DNA of 64,000 bases, from assembly GCA_964631935.1 (NCBI GenBank), contig CAZWAV010000004.1, positions 9,179 through 73,178 on the forward strand. The letters are read 5' to 3'. The notes under the pieces are model-generated. The model did no database searches. It was not told the DNA's origin and saw only the letters and a program-made list of their open reading frames with translations. The position numbers were made by a program, and so were the translations under genes. Positions 18,440-26,188 of this stretch are shown piece after piece. The stretch is from an uncultured Candidatus Saccharibacteria bacterium. GTDB taxonomy: Bacteria; Patescibacteriota; Minisyncoccia; Phycocordibacterales; UBA9973. The first letter of the stretch is position 1. Each line of letters starts with the position of its first letter.

Positions 18440-20278
18440 TTAGCTAGAAGCTTCTGAGCTAGCCAAATCATCCTTAGCTTTCTTTATCGCAAGTATTTGT
18501 GATGGGTCGGAGGTTATGATCTGGTCCTCAGTGTATGAAGCTATTGTCTTTACTGCCACGTGTTTGAGGCCAGCGAAGAATATACCCTCTCCAACGTTTG
18601 CTTCTAGGAGTAGATATTTCTCTTCATCTGTTAGGTTAAATGTTTTCTGTAATACATCAACAGTTGAAGGCGACTGCTTTAATAGAAGTTGGATAGAAGA
18701 GTTTGTCACAATAGGCACTCCGTATGGGCTTTTCATAAAATCGCCGACATCTTGAGTAATAGTGGCAAGCCCTAGATAGTATTTACGTCCACGTTTAGCT
18801 ATTGAATATAGGAAAGAAGCAGTATCTTCTGATTTCATCATCCACCACGCCTCATCAACGACAAGTAGGCGTTTGCGAATGTTCTTTCTTATCGCATTCC
18901 ATATATAGTGAGTGACTATGTACATTGCCACAGGTTTCAACTCATCTTCCATGTCACGTACTGAAAAGACTACAAATTTACGATTTATATCCACATTTGA
19001 TGGCTGGTTTAGGAATGATGACCATGATCCGTGTGTGAATTTTGCTAAGCGCTGTATAAGTGAACCACTCCCCTCCATACCAGCAAGAACCATTTCAAAG
19101 TCTGTTAGAAGTGGTGGTTCAATATTTGCAAAGTTTGATTCTGAAGTAATATCTTTAAGCGCATAAGTCTCAGTAATAGCTCGGTCAATAATAGAATCTT
19201 CTTCTGGGGTTAAACCTCCAAGCATAATGCGGAATAAGCCAACTAAGTTTATGGTGTTAGCACGCAAGACATCGGCAGGAGTTTCGTCAGAACTTGGTAT
19301 TGGTAGATCAAATGGATTAATATGGTGGTCAGAAGAAAGAGCAATATTAAAATATCTTCCACCAACTGCTTCTGATAAATATTCATATTCACGTTCAGGG
19401 TCAATCACAATAACCTCTGTGTCGAACATTAGAGTACGAATAATTTCAAGCTTGGTGGCATATGATTTACCAGCTCCTGAAGTAGCAAATGTAATTGAGT
19501 TATAGTTTGGAAGAGAGAATCTGTCAAATATTATAAGGCTAGAATTGTGACGATTAACACCATATAGTATTCCTTTATTAGACGTTAAGTCAAAAGATAC
19601 GAATGGAAATAGACTAGAAAGTGGCTCAGTATTGAGCTTCTGGTGAATGCCCAAGAGGTCAGTGCCTAAAGGAATAACACTCTTGAATGCTTCGTCTTGT
19701 TGGAATAATGCTGGTTTTAGATATATGAGCTTTGATTCAAGTAGAGATTTTATTTCACTTTCAATTTTAAATAAATCATTCTCACTATCAGCATATACTG
19801 TAATATAAAGACCAACATCAAACATTTTCTCTTGAGCCTGCATAAGATTATCACGTAAGCCCTCTAGGTCCTGATAAGCTGTATCGAGCATCGGATCACG
19901 GACAAGACCTTTTGATTCTCTTATTGAAATCTGACTTTGAACTTCAGCAACTTTCTTTTGAAAAGAACGAAGCACATCTCCTGTATCTATAGGGTGTATA
20001 AAAATAGATACATCAAAAACTTTATCAAGATTGATAATTGGTGAGAACCAGTTGTCTGTCAGATACCTAGGGTAGGATATAACGAAAAATGTACGAGCAA
20101 TTTTATCTCCCAGGTTTAAACCTTTTGGGGTTATTTGTAGAGCCGAAGGAGCGATAATGTCTTGGAGTTCAAGAGTCGCTGCTTTATAAATCTCAGATGG
20201 GATAACAGGCATAACCATACTCTTTGGTTTATTGTTTGTATTACTATCCCCTCCAAACATTTTTGAAAATATAGACAT
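18440..20278 (-). CDS. VirB4/TraE/ConE-family type IV secretion ATPase: middle and C-terminal ATPase parts
   Basis: Walker A TSGAGKSYATK. Walker B LLVVDEAWWMM (the DEAW motif characteristic of the VirB4/TraC family). No N-terminal TM helices, which argues against VirD4. N-terminal IAPSALQITPKGLNLGDKIARTFFVISYPRYL resembles Gram-positive VirB4 homologues (recalled, not searched). Confidence 0.75.
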   Translation of the reverse strand: MSIFSKMFGGDSNTNNKPKSMVMPVIPSEIYKAATLELQDIIAPSALQITPKGLNLGDKIARTFFVISYPRYLTDNWFSPIINLDKVFDVSIFIHPIDTGDVLRSFQKKVAEVQSQISIRESKGLVRDPMLDTAYQDLEGLRDNLMQAQEKMFDVGLYITVYADSENDLFKIESEIKSLLESKLIYLKPALFQQDEAFKSVIPLGTDLLGIHQKLNTEPLSSLFPFVSFDLTSNKGILYGVNRHNSSLIIFDRFSLPNYNSITFATSGAGKSYATKLEIIRTLMFDTEVIVIDPEREYEYLSEAVGGRYFNIALSSDHHINPFDLPIPSSDETPADVLRANTINLVGLFRIMLGGLTPEEDSIIDRAITETYALKDITSESNFANIEPPLLTDFEMVLAGMEGSGSLIQRLAKFTHGSWSSFLNQPSNVDINRKFVVFSVRDMEDELKPVAMYIVTHYIWNAIRKNIRKRLLVVDEAWWMMKSEDTASFLYSIAKRGRKYYLGLATITQDVGDFMKSPYGVPIVTNSSIQLLLKQSPSTVDVLQKTFNLTDEEKYLLLEANVGEGIFFAGLKHVAVKTIASYTEDQIITSDPSQILAIKKAKDDLASSEASS

Positions 20279-20279
20279 A

Positions 20280-20933
20280 TTATTGTAGTTTTATCCCCTG
20301 ACTAATATCCCCTGGGTTGAATGTCTTATAGAAAAGCTCGACAACTTCTTCTGTATTTAATTGAGAACTACGTACACCTAAACCTCCTAGTCCTGAAATT
20401 ATAACCCCGACACGCTGATCGAGCTGACTGCGCTTCTCCTCAAAGTCGGCTAAGTCTATAGCTTTTTTAGTATCTTCTATCTGCTTTTTAGGGCTTGTAG
20501 ACCCCATGATTTTATCAAGCATTCCGTCGCTTGATTTTAATATTGTCTGACTATATGGTACGACAATAAAAAATGTCTTTGTCATAATGTTCACTTCGTC
20601 GGTGAATGAACGGATAAAATCTATATATTCTTTAGTCTGTATTTTCAATAGCTTTTCCGTCTGCTCTTTTTCTCGAGCTTCAAGCATCATCAGATATGGT
20701 CTAATGTCTAATCTACGTGATTGGACTACTATTTGAGTTGAAAAATCAAGACCGTTTAGAAAAGATTGGAATTGATTAATGATAGCTGTTTGCTCTTCAG
20801 AAGATTTAAGAGAAAGATTTATTGATGATGCTATAAGCACAGCACGAAGGCCACCATCTTTTAGAATAATGACACCATTGCGAACTTCTTTAATTGGTAC
20901 GAACTCTTGTGCTGCACGAGCATTAATAGCCAT
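20280..20933 (-). CDS. VirB4 N-terminal domain (CagE/TrbE/VirB-type) as a separate ORF; possibly a split or frameshifted VirB4
   Basis: FVPIKEVRNGVIILKDGGLRAVLIASSINLSLKSSEEQTAIINQFQSFLNGLD matches by eye the VirB4 N-terminal consensus (ddgvlltkdGslgavi...d.esl..eel..l...l). Its TAA stop is 1 nt from the downstream ATG (TAATATG). Length 217 + 612 = 829 aa, the size of full-length VirB4/ConE. Confidence 0.6.
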   Translation of the reverse strand: MAINARAAQEFVPIKEVRNGVIILKDGGLRAVLIASSINLSLKSSEEQTAIINQFQSFLNGLDFSTQIVVQSRRLDIRPYLMMLEAREKEQTEKLLKIQTKEYIDFIRSFTDEVNIMTKTFFIVVPYSQTILKSSDGMLDKIMGSTSPKKQIEDTKKAIDLADFEEKRSQLDQRVGVIISGLGGLGVRSSQLNTEEVVELFYKTFNPGDISQGIKLQ

Positions 20934-20940
20934 AAGACAA

Positions 20941-21360
20941 TTATATCATATTAGTATCATTTTCTTTTTCTTGGACATCTAAACTCCAAGCTAAATCTTT
21001 TAGTGAACTTGAAGACGTCATAGGGACGATTGAAGTTGTTTGTGGAGTTACTTCTTCTTTGTTCTTATCGCTTGGTTTTACAAGGCGTTGCTTCCAAATG
21101 TATAGTTTACTTGAAATACTATAATTTATAGCTGCCTGGAGATAGTAAATGAAAGGTTTATTGTTGATTTTATAGAAAGTTAAAAGACCAGTGAGTCCAG
21201 CTACGGGAATTATTATGAAAATACTTATCCAAAATGGAAGTAATCTGTAAGCAATGAATATCATTCCAGCACCACCGACTAAATATACGAATTGGCGAAA
21301 GGTAAAAGGACCAAAGAGTTTATCTTCTATGTCGATAAATTGTGGAACCTTAAATTGCAT
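20941..21360 (-). CDS. VirB3/PrgI-like small membrane protein (TM hairpin) immediately upstream of VirB4
   Basis: 139 aa with a central hydrophobic hairpin LVGGAGMIFIAYRLLPFWISIFIIIPVAGLTGLLTFY. The position mirrors VirB3-VirB4 and PrgI-PrgJ arrangements. Motif evidence is weak. Confidence 0.45.
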   Translation of the reverse strand: MQFKVPQFIDIEDKLFGPFTFRQFVYLVGGAGMIFIAYRLLPFWISIFIIIPVAGLTGLLTFYKINNKPFIYYLQAAINYSISSKLYIWKQRLVKPSDKNKEEVTPQTTSIVPMTSSSSLKDLAWSLDVQEKENDTNMI

Positions 21361-21379
21361 AGATATATTATATCACGAA

Positions 21380-22459
21380 CTATTCTATTGCCTCATGATA
21401 AGGATCATGAGCTTTTGGAGTAGGAGCAGAATCTGCTTTACTTTCTGGGGAACCTCCCTGCATCTTTGGGATAGAATGATCACTAACTACAGTTTTACTA
21501 ACTGTAGATTGATTTAATTTATTCGAAAGCATGTCTATACCAGACTCCATAAGCAAAATATTATCCATAGGAGACATTTTCTTTTCTTTTTCTGTTACAG
21601 GTGGCACGGGAGATTCTTTTTTATCCATCATTTCAATTCCTGCACTCTTGTATATGTTTGATTCAGCCCCAGAAGCCTTTGTTTCTATTTTAACTTCTTC
21701 TTTTGGTTGAGCGATAATACTCTCTTGCATAGGGCTCTTTGCGTATGGAGGTAGAGGCACTTCATCGTCTATATCATTTGCAATTTGACTACCACTACCC
21801 CAATGATTTTTTAATATTTCTCTTATATTTTTTAAAATATCTTCGTTGACTTCGTTCGCAATCTCACTGATCTCTTCTTTTGGTTTAGCTATACTTGATT
21901 GTAATTCTGACTCGTACTTATCTGGGTGAATAATACTAAGCATAACCTTTGTTGTCGCTTCTTCTAGTGCACCCATCTCATTTATAGATAGCTTGTGCTT
22001 TGCTGCTATTGCATATAATGCTTTCTGGTAACCAGATTCACTGATAGCAAATTGTACTTCCTTTGGTAATTTTAGGAATCTCTCGTCTAATTTTTGAACA
22101 CCCCCGTATTTCTCCTCTGCGATATCTATAGCATTTTTTTGGAATGTATTAGTTAGTTGAGGTCGGATAGATCCTAATACTGTGGTATTTATTTCAGTAA
22201 TCATCTTCAGTAAATTTTCTGTAGGCATCGATATCTCATTTTGTAGATTTTTTTCATATTCTTCCTCGTCTACAATACCAAGCATTACCAATGTTGTTTC
22301 CGTACCAAGGGTCTGTATCTGTTCTTCGTTCAAGCTATACTTTTTACTTATATCTCCCAATATATCCATCCACTTCATAGATGAAAATACAGTCTGCACT
22401 TCTGATGGAAGTTTAGAATAGTAGAGCGCTATTTGTTGTTGTAGTTGTGTTTGATCCAT
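21380..22459 (-). CDS. Cytoplasmic hypothetical protein with an internal tandem duplication of an approximately 55-aa unit
   Basis: YSKLPSEVQTVFSS...LGTETTLVMLGIV is repeated as FLKLPKEVQFAISES...LEEATTKVMLSII. No TM helices. Acidic S/P/K-rich C-terminus. Confidence 0.6.
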   Translation of the reverse strand: MDQTQLQQQIALYYSKLPSEVQTVFSSMKWMDILGDISKKYSLNEEQIQTLGTETTLVMLGIVDEEEYEKNLQNEISMPTENLLKMITEINTTVLGSIRPQLTNTFQKNAIDIAEEKYGGVQKLDERFLKLPKEVQFAISESGYQKALYAIAAKHKLSINEMGALEEATTKVMLSIIHPDKYESELQSSIAKPKEEISEIANEVNEDILKNIREILKNHWGSGSQIANDIDDEVPLPPYAKSPMQESIIAQPKEEVKIETKASGAESNIYKSAGIEMMDKKESPVPPVTEKEKKMSPMDNILLMESGIDMLSNKLNQSTVSKTVVSDHSIPKMQGGSPESKADSAPTPKAHDPYHEAIE

Positions 22460-22469
22460 AATTTAAATT

Positions 22470-25166
22470 TTAATGATGTCCTCCCCCACCGTGATCATCA
22501 CCACCTTTTCCATGACTCTCTTCAACCTTTACTGTAACCTTTGCGCTTTTCATTGCTTCGGTTATTGTATGGCCTATATCTTTCAAGAAATCATTTTGTC
22601 CCGATCCATGGTTTACTCCACTACCCTTAAGCCCTGTACGTACTCCCATAGCAATTCCAGCAATTAACCCAGCACTAGCTTTTGTAAATAGACCCTCTCT
22701 TTTATCTGTCTTTGCTTGAGAAAGGTTTCTTGCGTCATAACTACCTTTATTGGATTGTGCAAAAACTCTATCTGCTCCACTAACCTGCTGTTTTGACTTG
22801 TCTTGTAATTCATTAAATTTCCTGCTCGATTCTTTATCTGTTGAAGTTTTCAATATTGCGTTAAAGTCAACATTCAATTGGTCCTCAATCTTTTTCTTGC
22901 CTGCATCTGTCAAAGCACCACTACCATCTACGTCTCCGCTTGCACGTGCGTTTGGATGACTTGCGACTGCCATAGAGACACGGTTTCTGTTTGCTGCTTT
23001 ATATCCACTCTCCCCCCCTGCCACTTTCTGGCCATTTGTATCAATCAAATCTGCCTTACCTTGCTTAATATCAGTTTCAATCTCAGTTCTCTTCTCTTTC
23101 TTGAATGTTTCTTCTAGAGCGTGGACATCTGCTCCTGAAAGATTACTATCATTTACCCCCTTCAAATGATTCTTTTCTTTTAGTGAATCCCAATCTGATC
23201 GAGCTCTGTCAACGTCATGAATCTTTGATTGTTTTGCATTTAAATTACCCCCTAAACGAGTAAATACATTTGCCTTAACACCATTGTTTGCTTTGTACAT
23301 TTCCCATGTAGGCTTTATTCCCCCACTTCCTTTTTGTTTCTTTTCTTTTGCTCTCCAATCCTCTAGGTTTTTATTAAATTGTACTTTGTGCCCACCATAC
23401 TCTTTTGCCCCATCAGTTCTAGAAAGTGCGCCCATTCCTCTACCAACAATATTTCTTCCAGCAAATGCTGCTCCTAGTGCTGCTCCTCCAAGGGCAAGTC
23501 CTCCTACAGCTGCTATACCACCTGTAATAGATTGGCCAAGTTTTCCTGACATATCTTTGGCAATACTTTTTGCTTTCATTAATAGGACCATTATGAATAT
23601 AAAAGGTAAAATAATTCCTAAAATAAATTTAATTCCAGTCATTTGGGATACATCACCTAGTCCAAATCCTACTTGTATAAATTTAAGAATTAAATAGAGG
23701 AAGAATATAAAAATAGGCGCAAGAAATGCCAGACTTATAGTTTCTGGCCACCATTTTTTCCAGCCAACCATACCCATGTTTTGCATTGATGGCACAGTGT
23801 AACTAAAGAATGCTAGTGGAGCGAATATCATAGAAAACCATAATCCTATGGATCTAGCTACGAATATTAATCCAACTGATAAGAATACTATAAAGCCTAC
23901 TATGTTTATAGCACTAGCTAGTAGTGTGATAAGTATAAATCCGCCAACTCCGAGCCCTGAAGCTGTATTTTCAGTTGAAGCACTTCCTCCTGTAGATTTA
24001 TCTATGACACTTACTTGGTTCGCATTCTTAATAAGCATCTGAGGGTTAATCTTACTAACTATTGATTCTGAAATTGGCACAGTTCCATCTGCGCCAGCTT
24101 GGGCTACACCATTTTTTGTAACTTTAATCGCATCCGAAGTATAAAATACACGCGCAAGTATGTTTGAAGCATCAATAATAATCTGCGAGGCAAAGAGACT
24201 GAAATTTATAAGGAGTCCTATAATGACTACATTTATAATCATCTCTTTAGTTTTAAATCCGTGTATTGAGAGGATAGTAGCAAATGCTATGTAAAGCAAA
24301 ACGAATATAAAGAAAATATTACAGAAATCACGAATCAACCCCCAACCTTGAACTACAAAGTCTGATCTATATGATGTGTCTTGAATTGAGTAATTAAAAG
24401 TGGTGTCGAAAAACATTCCAGCAAGTCCGAAGATATAAGATGAAGGGACAAATACTACATAGTAAGCTAGCTGAGCAATACAACCAAGTATTGTTCCCCC
24501 ACCTGTAAGCCATGAATCAGCGATTCCACAGCTTGGCATGTATGAATCTGAATTTGTATCCTTTGCGATTTGCTGAGAAGTAGTATTTACTACCCCAGTA
24601 GCAGTTGTTTTTATCGGATATTCTAGAGGGCCTATTATCCCTTCTTCTTTATTTCCGTTATAGGCAAAGTATGTAAGATAGTAAGTTGTGCTTGCTGTGA
24701 GCCCGGTAACTGATATTGGCCATGATTCAGTGACAAAGTCAGCATTTGTATCTGAAGTCGTTCCGTCGCTGCCCAGGTCTAGTTTTCCGTGAGCAAGGAC
24801 TTGGGATCCTGTTGCTGGTTTTATATCACCTTCTGGTGGAGGGTTCGTATTATAATCATTTAAATATGCATTCGTGCTTGTGATTGAAGCTTTAATATTA
24901 TTGTAGTCAGGCATAGTAGCGCCCGGCTTATCTGAGACAAGATATATAAGTTTATGATGAGCAGTTTTTGCTCTTGTAATATTGAAAGCGAATTTAATTG
25001 AATTCTCTGTCGTGTTTTCTTGCGTTATGCCTATCGTCATTGATCCGGCTTCCGCAATAGATTTTTTGATTGCTGGTTTATTTACTGCGTTTAGTCCAAG
25101 AGTAAAAGGCGCGAATATATTCACCAGAATGAGAATTATGAGAATTGAAGGGAAGATTTTTTTCAC
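22470..25166 (-). CDS. Polytopic membrane protein, VirB6/TrbL/ConG-like candidate: signal peptide, FN3-like ectodomain, at least 6 TM helices, long Gly/Lys-rich C-terminal tail
   Basis: Signal peptide MKKIFPSILIILILVNIFAPF. FN3-like TASTTYYLTYFAYNG. Multiple long hydrophobic segments across residues about 230-560. The tail is rich in G/K/A/N and ends GGDDHGGGGHH. Confidence 0.55.
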   Translation of the reverse strand: MKKIFPSILIILILVNIFAPFTLGLNAVNKPAIKKSIAEAGSMTIGITQENTTENSIKFAFNITRAKTAHHKLIYLVSDKPGATMPDYNNIKASITSTNAYLNDYNTNPPPEGDIKPATGSQVLAHGKLDLGSDGTTSDTNADFVTESWPISVTGLTASTTYYLTYFAYNGNKEEGIIGPLEYPIKTTATGVVNTTSQQIAKDTNSDSYMPSCGIADSWLTGGGTILGCIAQLAYYVVFVPSSYIFGLAGMFFDTTFNYSIQDTSYRSDFVVQGWGLIRDFCNIFFIFVLLYIAFATILSIHGFKTKEMIINVVIIGLLINFSLFASQIIIDASNILARVFYTSDAIKVTKNGVAQAGADGTVPISESIVSKINPQMLIKNANQVSVIDKSTGGSASTENTASGLGVGGFILITLLASAINIVGFIVFLSVGLIFVARSIGLWFSMIFAPLAFFSYTVPSMQNMGMVGWKKWWPETISLAFLAPIFIFFLYLILKFIQVGFGLGDVSQMTGIKFILGIILPFIFIMVLLMKAKSIAKDMSGKLGQSITGGIAAVGGLALGGAALGAAFAGRNIVGRGMGALSRTDGAKEYGGHKVQFNKNLEDWRAKEKKQKGSGGIKPTWEMYKANNGVKANVFTRLGGNLNAKQSKIHDVDRARSDWDSLKEKNHLKGVNDSNLSGADVHALEETFKKEKRTEIETDIKQGKADLIDTNGQKVAGGESGYKAANRNRVSMAVASHPNARASGDVDGSGALTDAGKKKIEDQLNVDFNAILKTSTDKESSRKFNELQDKSKQQVSGADRVFAQSNKGSYDARNLSQAKTDKREGLFTKASAGLIAGIAMGVRTGLKGSGVNHGSGQNDFLKDIGHTITEAMKSAKVTVKVEESHGKGGDDHGGGGHH

Positions 25167-25233
25167 ACAATCTATTATACCAATTTTATTACCAAAACAC
25201 AGGCTATTTTGTGGAATCCTCGGATTAAATGTA

Positions 25234-26184
25234 TTACCAGATATTAAACATCAATTCATATAGACCGTAACCTGAAATGTATTCTGGTGATCCGCTGCCA
25301 GCAGTAGGATTCTGATAGTACGGATTATCTTTAATTTGTTTAGGTCCAGTGTAAGCAGGGTTGGCTTTCTGAGCTACGCAATCTTGGGTTAGTCTTGTTG
25401 CTTGAGTGATCAACTCTTGGTTTGTTTGGTTGTCGTAATCAAGTAAAGTTACATCATCGTCTATACGAAGAGTCGGTGATAATAAGTAATATTGACGAAG
25501 AAGTACAGCTAGCTGAGCCTTCTCTTCTTCTGTAAACTCCAGAGGATCATCTGGACACATGCCAGGGGTTGCTATAGCCACTGCGTCTTTTTTACGGCTC
25601 TCATTGTTCATATTTTTATCATAGGAAAGACTATTATTAGCATCAAAATCTGTGTGACAGCCTGGATCGTGAGTGTCCACTAGATTATCCGCGTCATTAT
25701 CTATGCCATCTGAACATTGCTCTAAGTTATTTGTTGAAGTAGTTGATGTGTCTACGTTACATGCTATGAGGTTACCATTCTGGTCATGACAGTCTGTATT
25801 GCTTGGTGACGGAATTGGATTAAATGGAGGAACTATTGAACCAGGGCCAATACCAACTACTGGAGCCCCTGTATTTGATCCTGTTGTACCGTTTGAATTG
25901 TTGCCAGTCCCTGTATTTGATCCTGTTGTACCGCCTACGTTGTCAGTATTTGAATTGTTACCAGTGTTTGTATTGTCTGTATTTGTTGTATCGACATTAT
26001 TTATACTAGTTGCATCTTTTTGTTTTGACGAGCCAAGTAATGGTGCAAAAATTTTACTGATAGTTGAATTTTTTGTACCAAATACACCACCATTTTTAAA
26101 TAGGAAATAACCAACTATCAAAAGTAGAAGTACTACGATAAATGTGATGATGAATGCTTTACTTTTTTTAGGGTTATTATCCAT
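25234..26184 (-). CDS. Membrane-anchored protein: N-terminal TM, T/N/G-rich repetitive linker, Cys-containing C-terminal domain
   Basis: TM AFIITFIVVLLLLIVGYFLF. Linker TNTDNTNTGNNSNTDNVGGTTGSNTGTGNNSNGTTGSNTG is encoded by a tandem DNA repeat. Six Cys in the C-terminal half. Architecture parallels the 14416-15774 protein. Confidence 0.6.
   Translation of the reverse strand: MDNNPKKSKAFIITFIVVLLLLIVGYFLFKNGGVFGTKNSTISKIFAPLLGSSKQKDATSINNVDTTNTDNTNTGNNSNTDNVGGTTGSNTGTGNNSNGTTGSNTGAPVVGIGPGSIVPPFNPIPSPSNTDCHDQNGNLIACNVDTSTTSTNNLEQCSDGIDNDADNLVDTHDPGCHTDFDANNSLSYDKNMNNESRKKDAVAIATPGMCPDDPLEFTEEEKAQLAVLLRQYYLLSPTLRIDDDVTLLDYDNQTNQELITQATRLTQDCVAQKANPAYTGPKQIKDNPYYQNPTAGSGSPEYISGYGLYELMFNIW
25860..26000. 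repeat. Imperfect tandem repeat (about 45-bp unit) inside a coding region, encoding a G/T/N/S-rich linker
   Basis: cctgtatttgatcctgttgtaccg...tttgaattgttgccagt recurs twice with variants. It shows up in the ORF track as repeated LLPVPVFDPVVP in a + strand shadow ORF. Confidence 0.5.
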
Positions 26185-26188
26185 AAAA

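Noticed and set aside
18440-20278. Alternative identity of the 612-aa ATPase as a VirD4 coupling protein or an FtsK/HerA ATPase
   Set aside because: It has no N-terminal TM helices as VirD4 would. Its Walker B is DEAW, as in VirB4/TraC rather than FtsK. The neighbouring VirB3-like gene fits VirB4. The VirB4 call is retained pending an HMM check.
22473-25263. Numerous 60-180-aa + strand ORFs inside the long minus-strand genes (for example 23284-23697 and 24982-25263, with 36494-37030 further downstream in the array)
   Set aside because: They are shadow ORFs of AT-rich, low-complexity coding regions on the opposite strand. Their translations are Ser/Phe/Leu-rich nonsense with no independent support.
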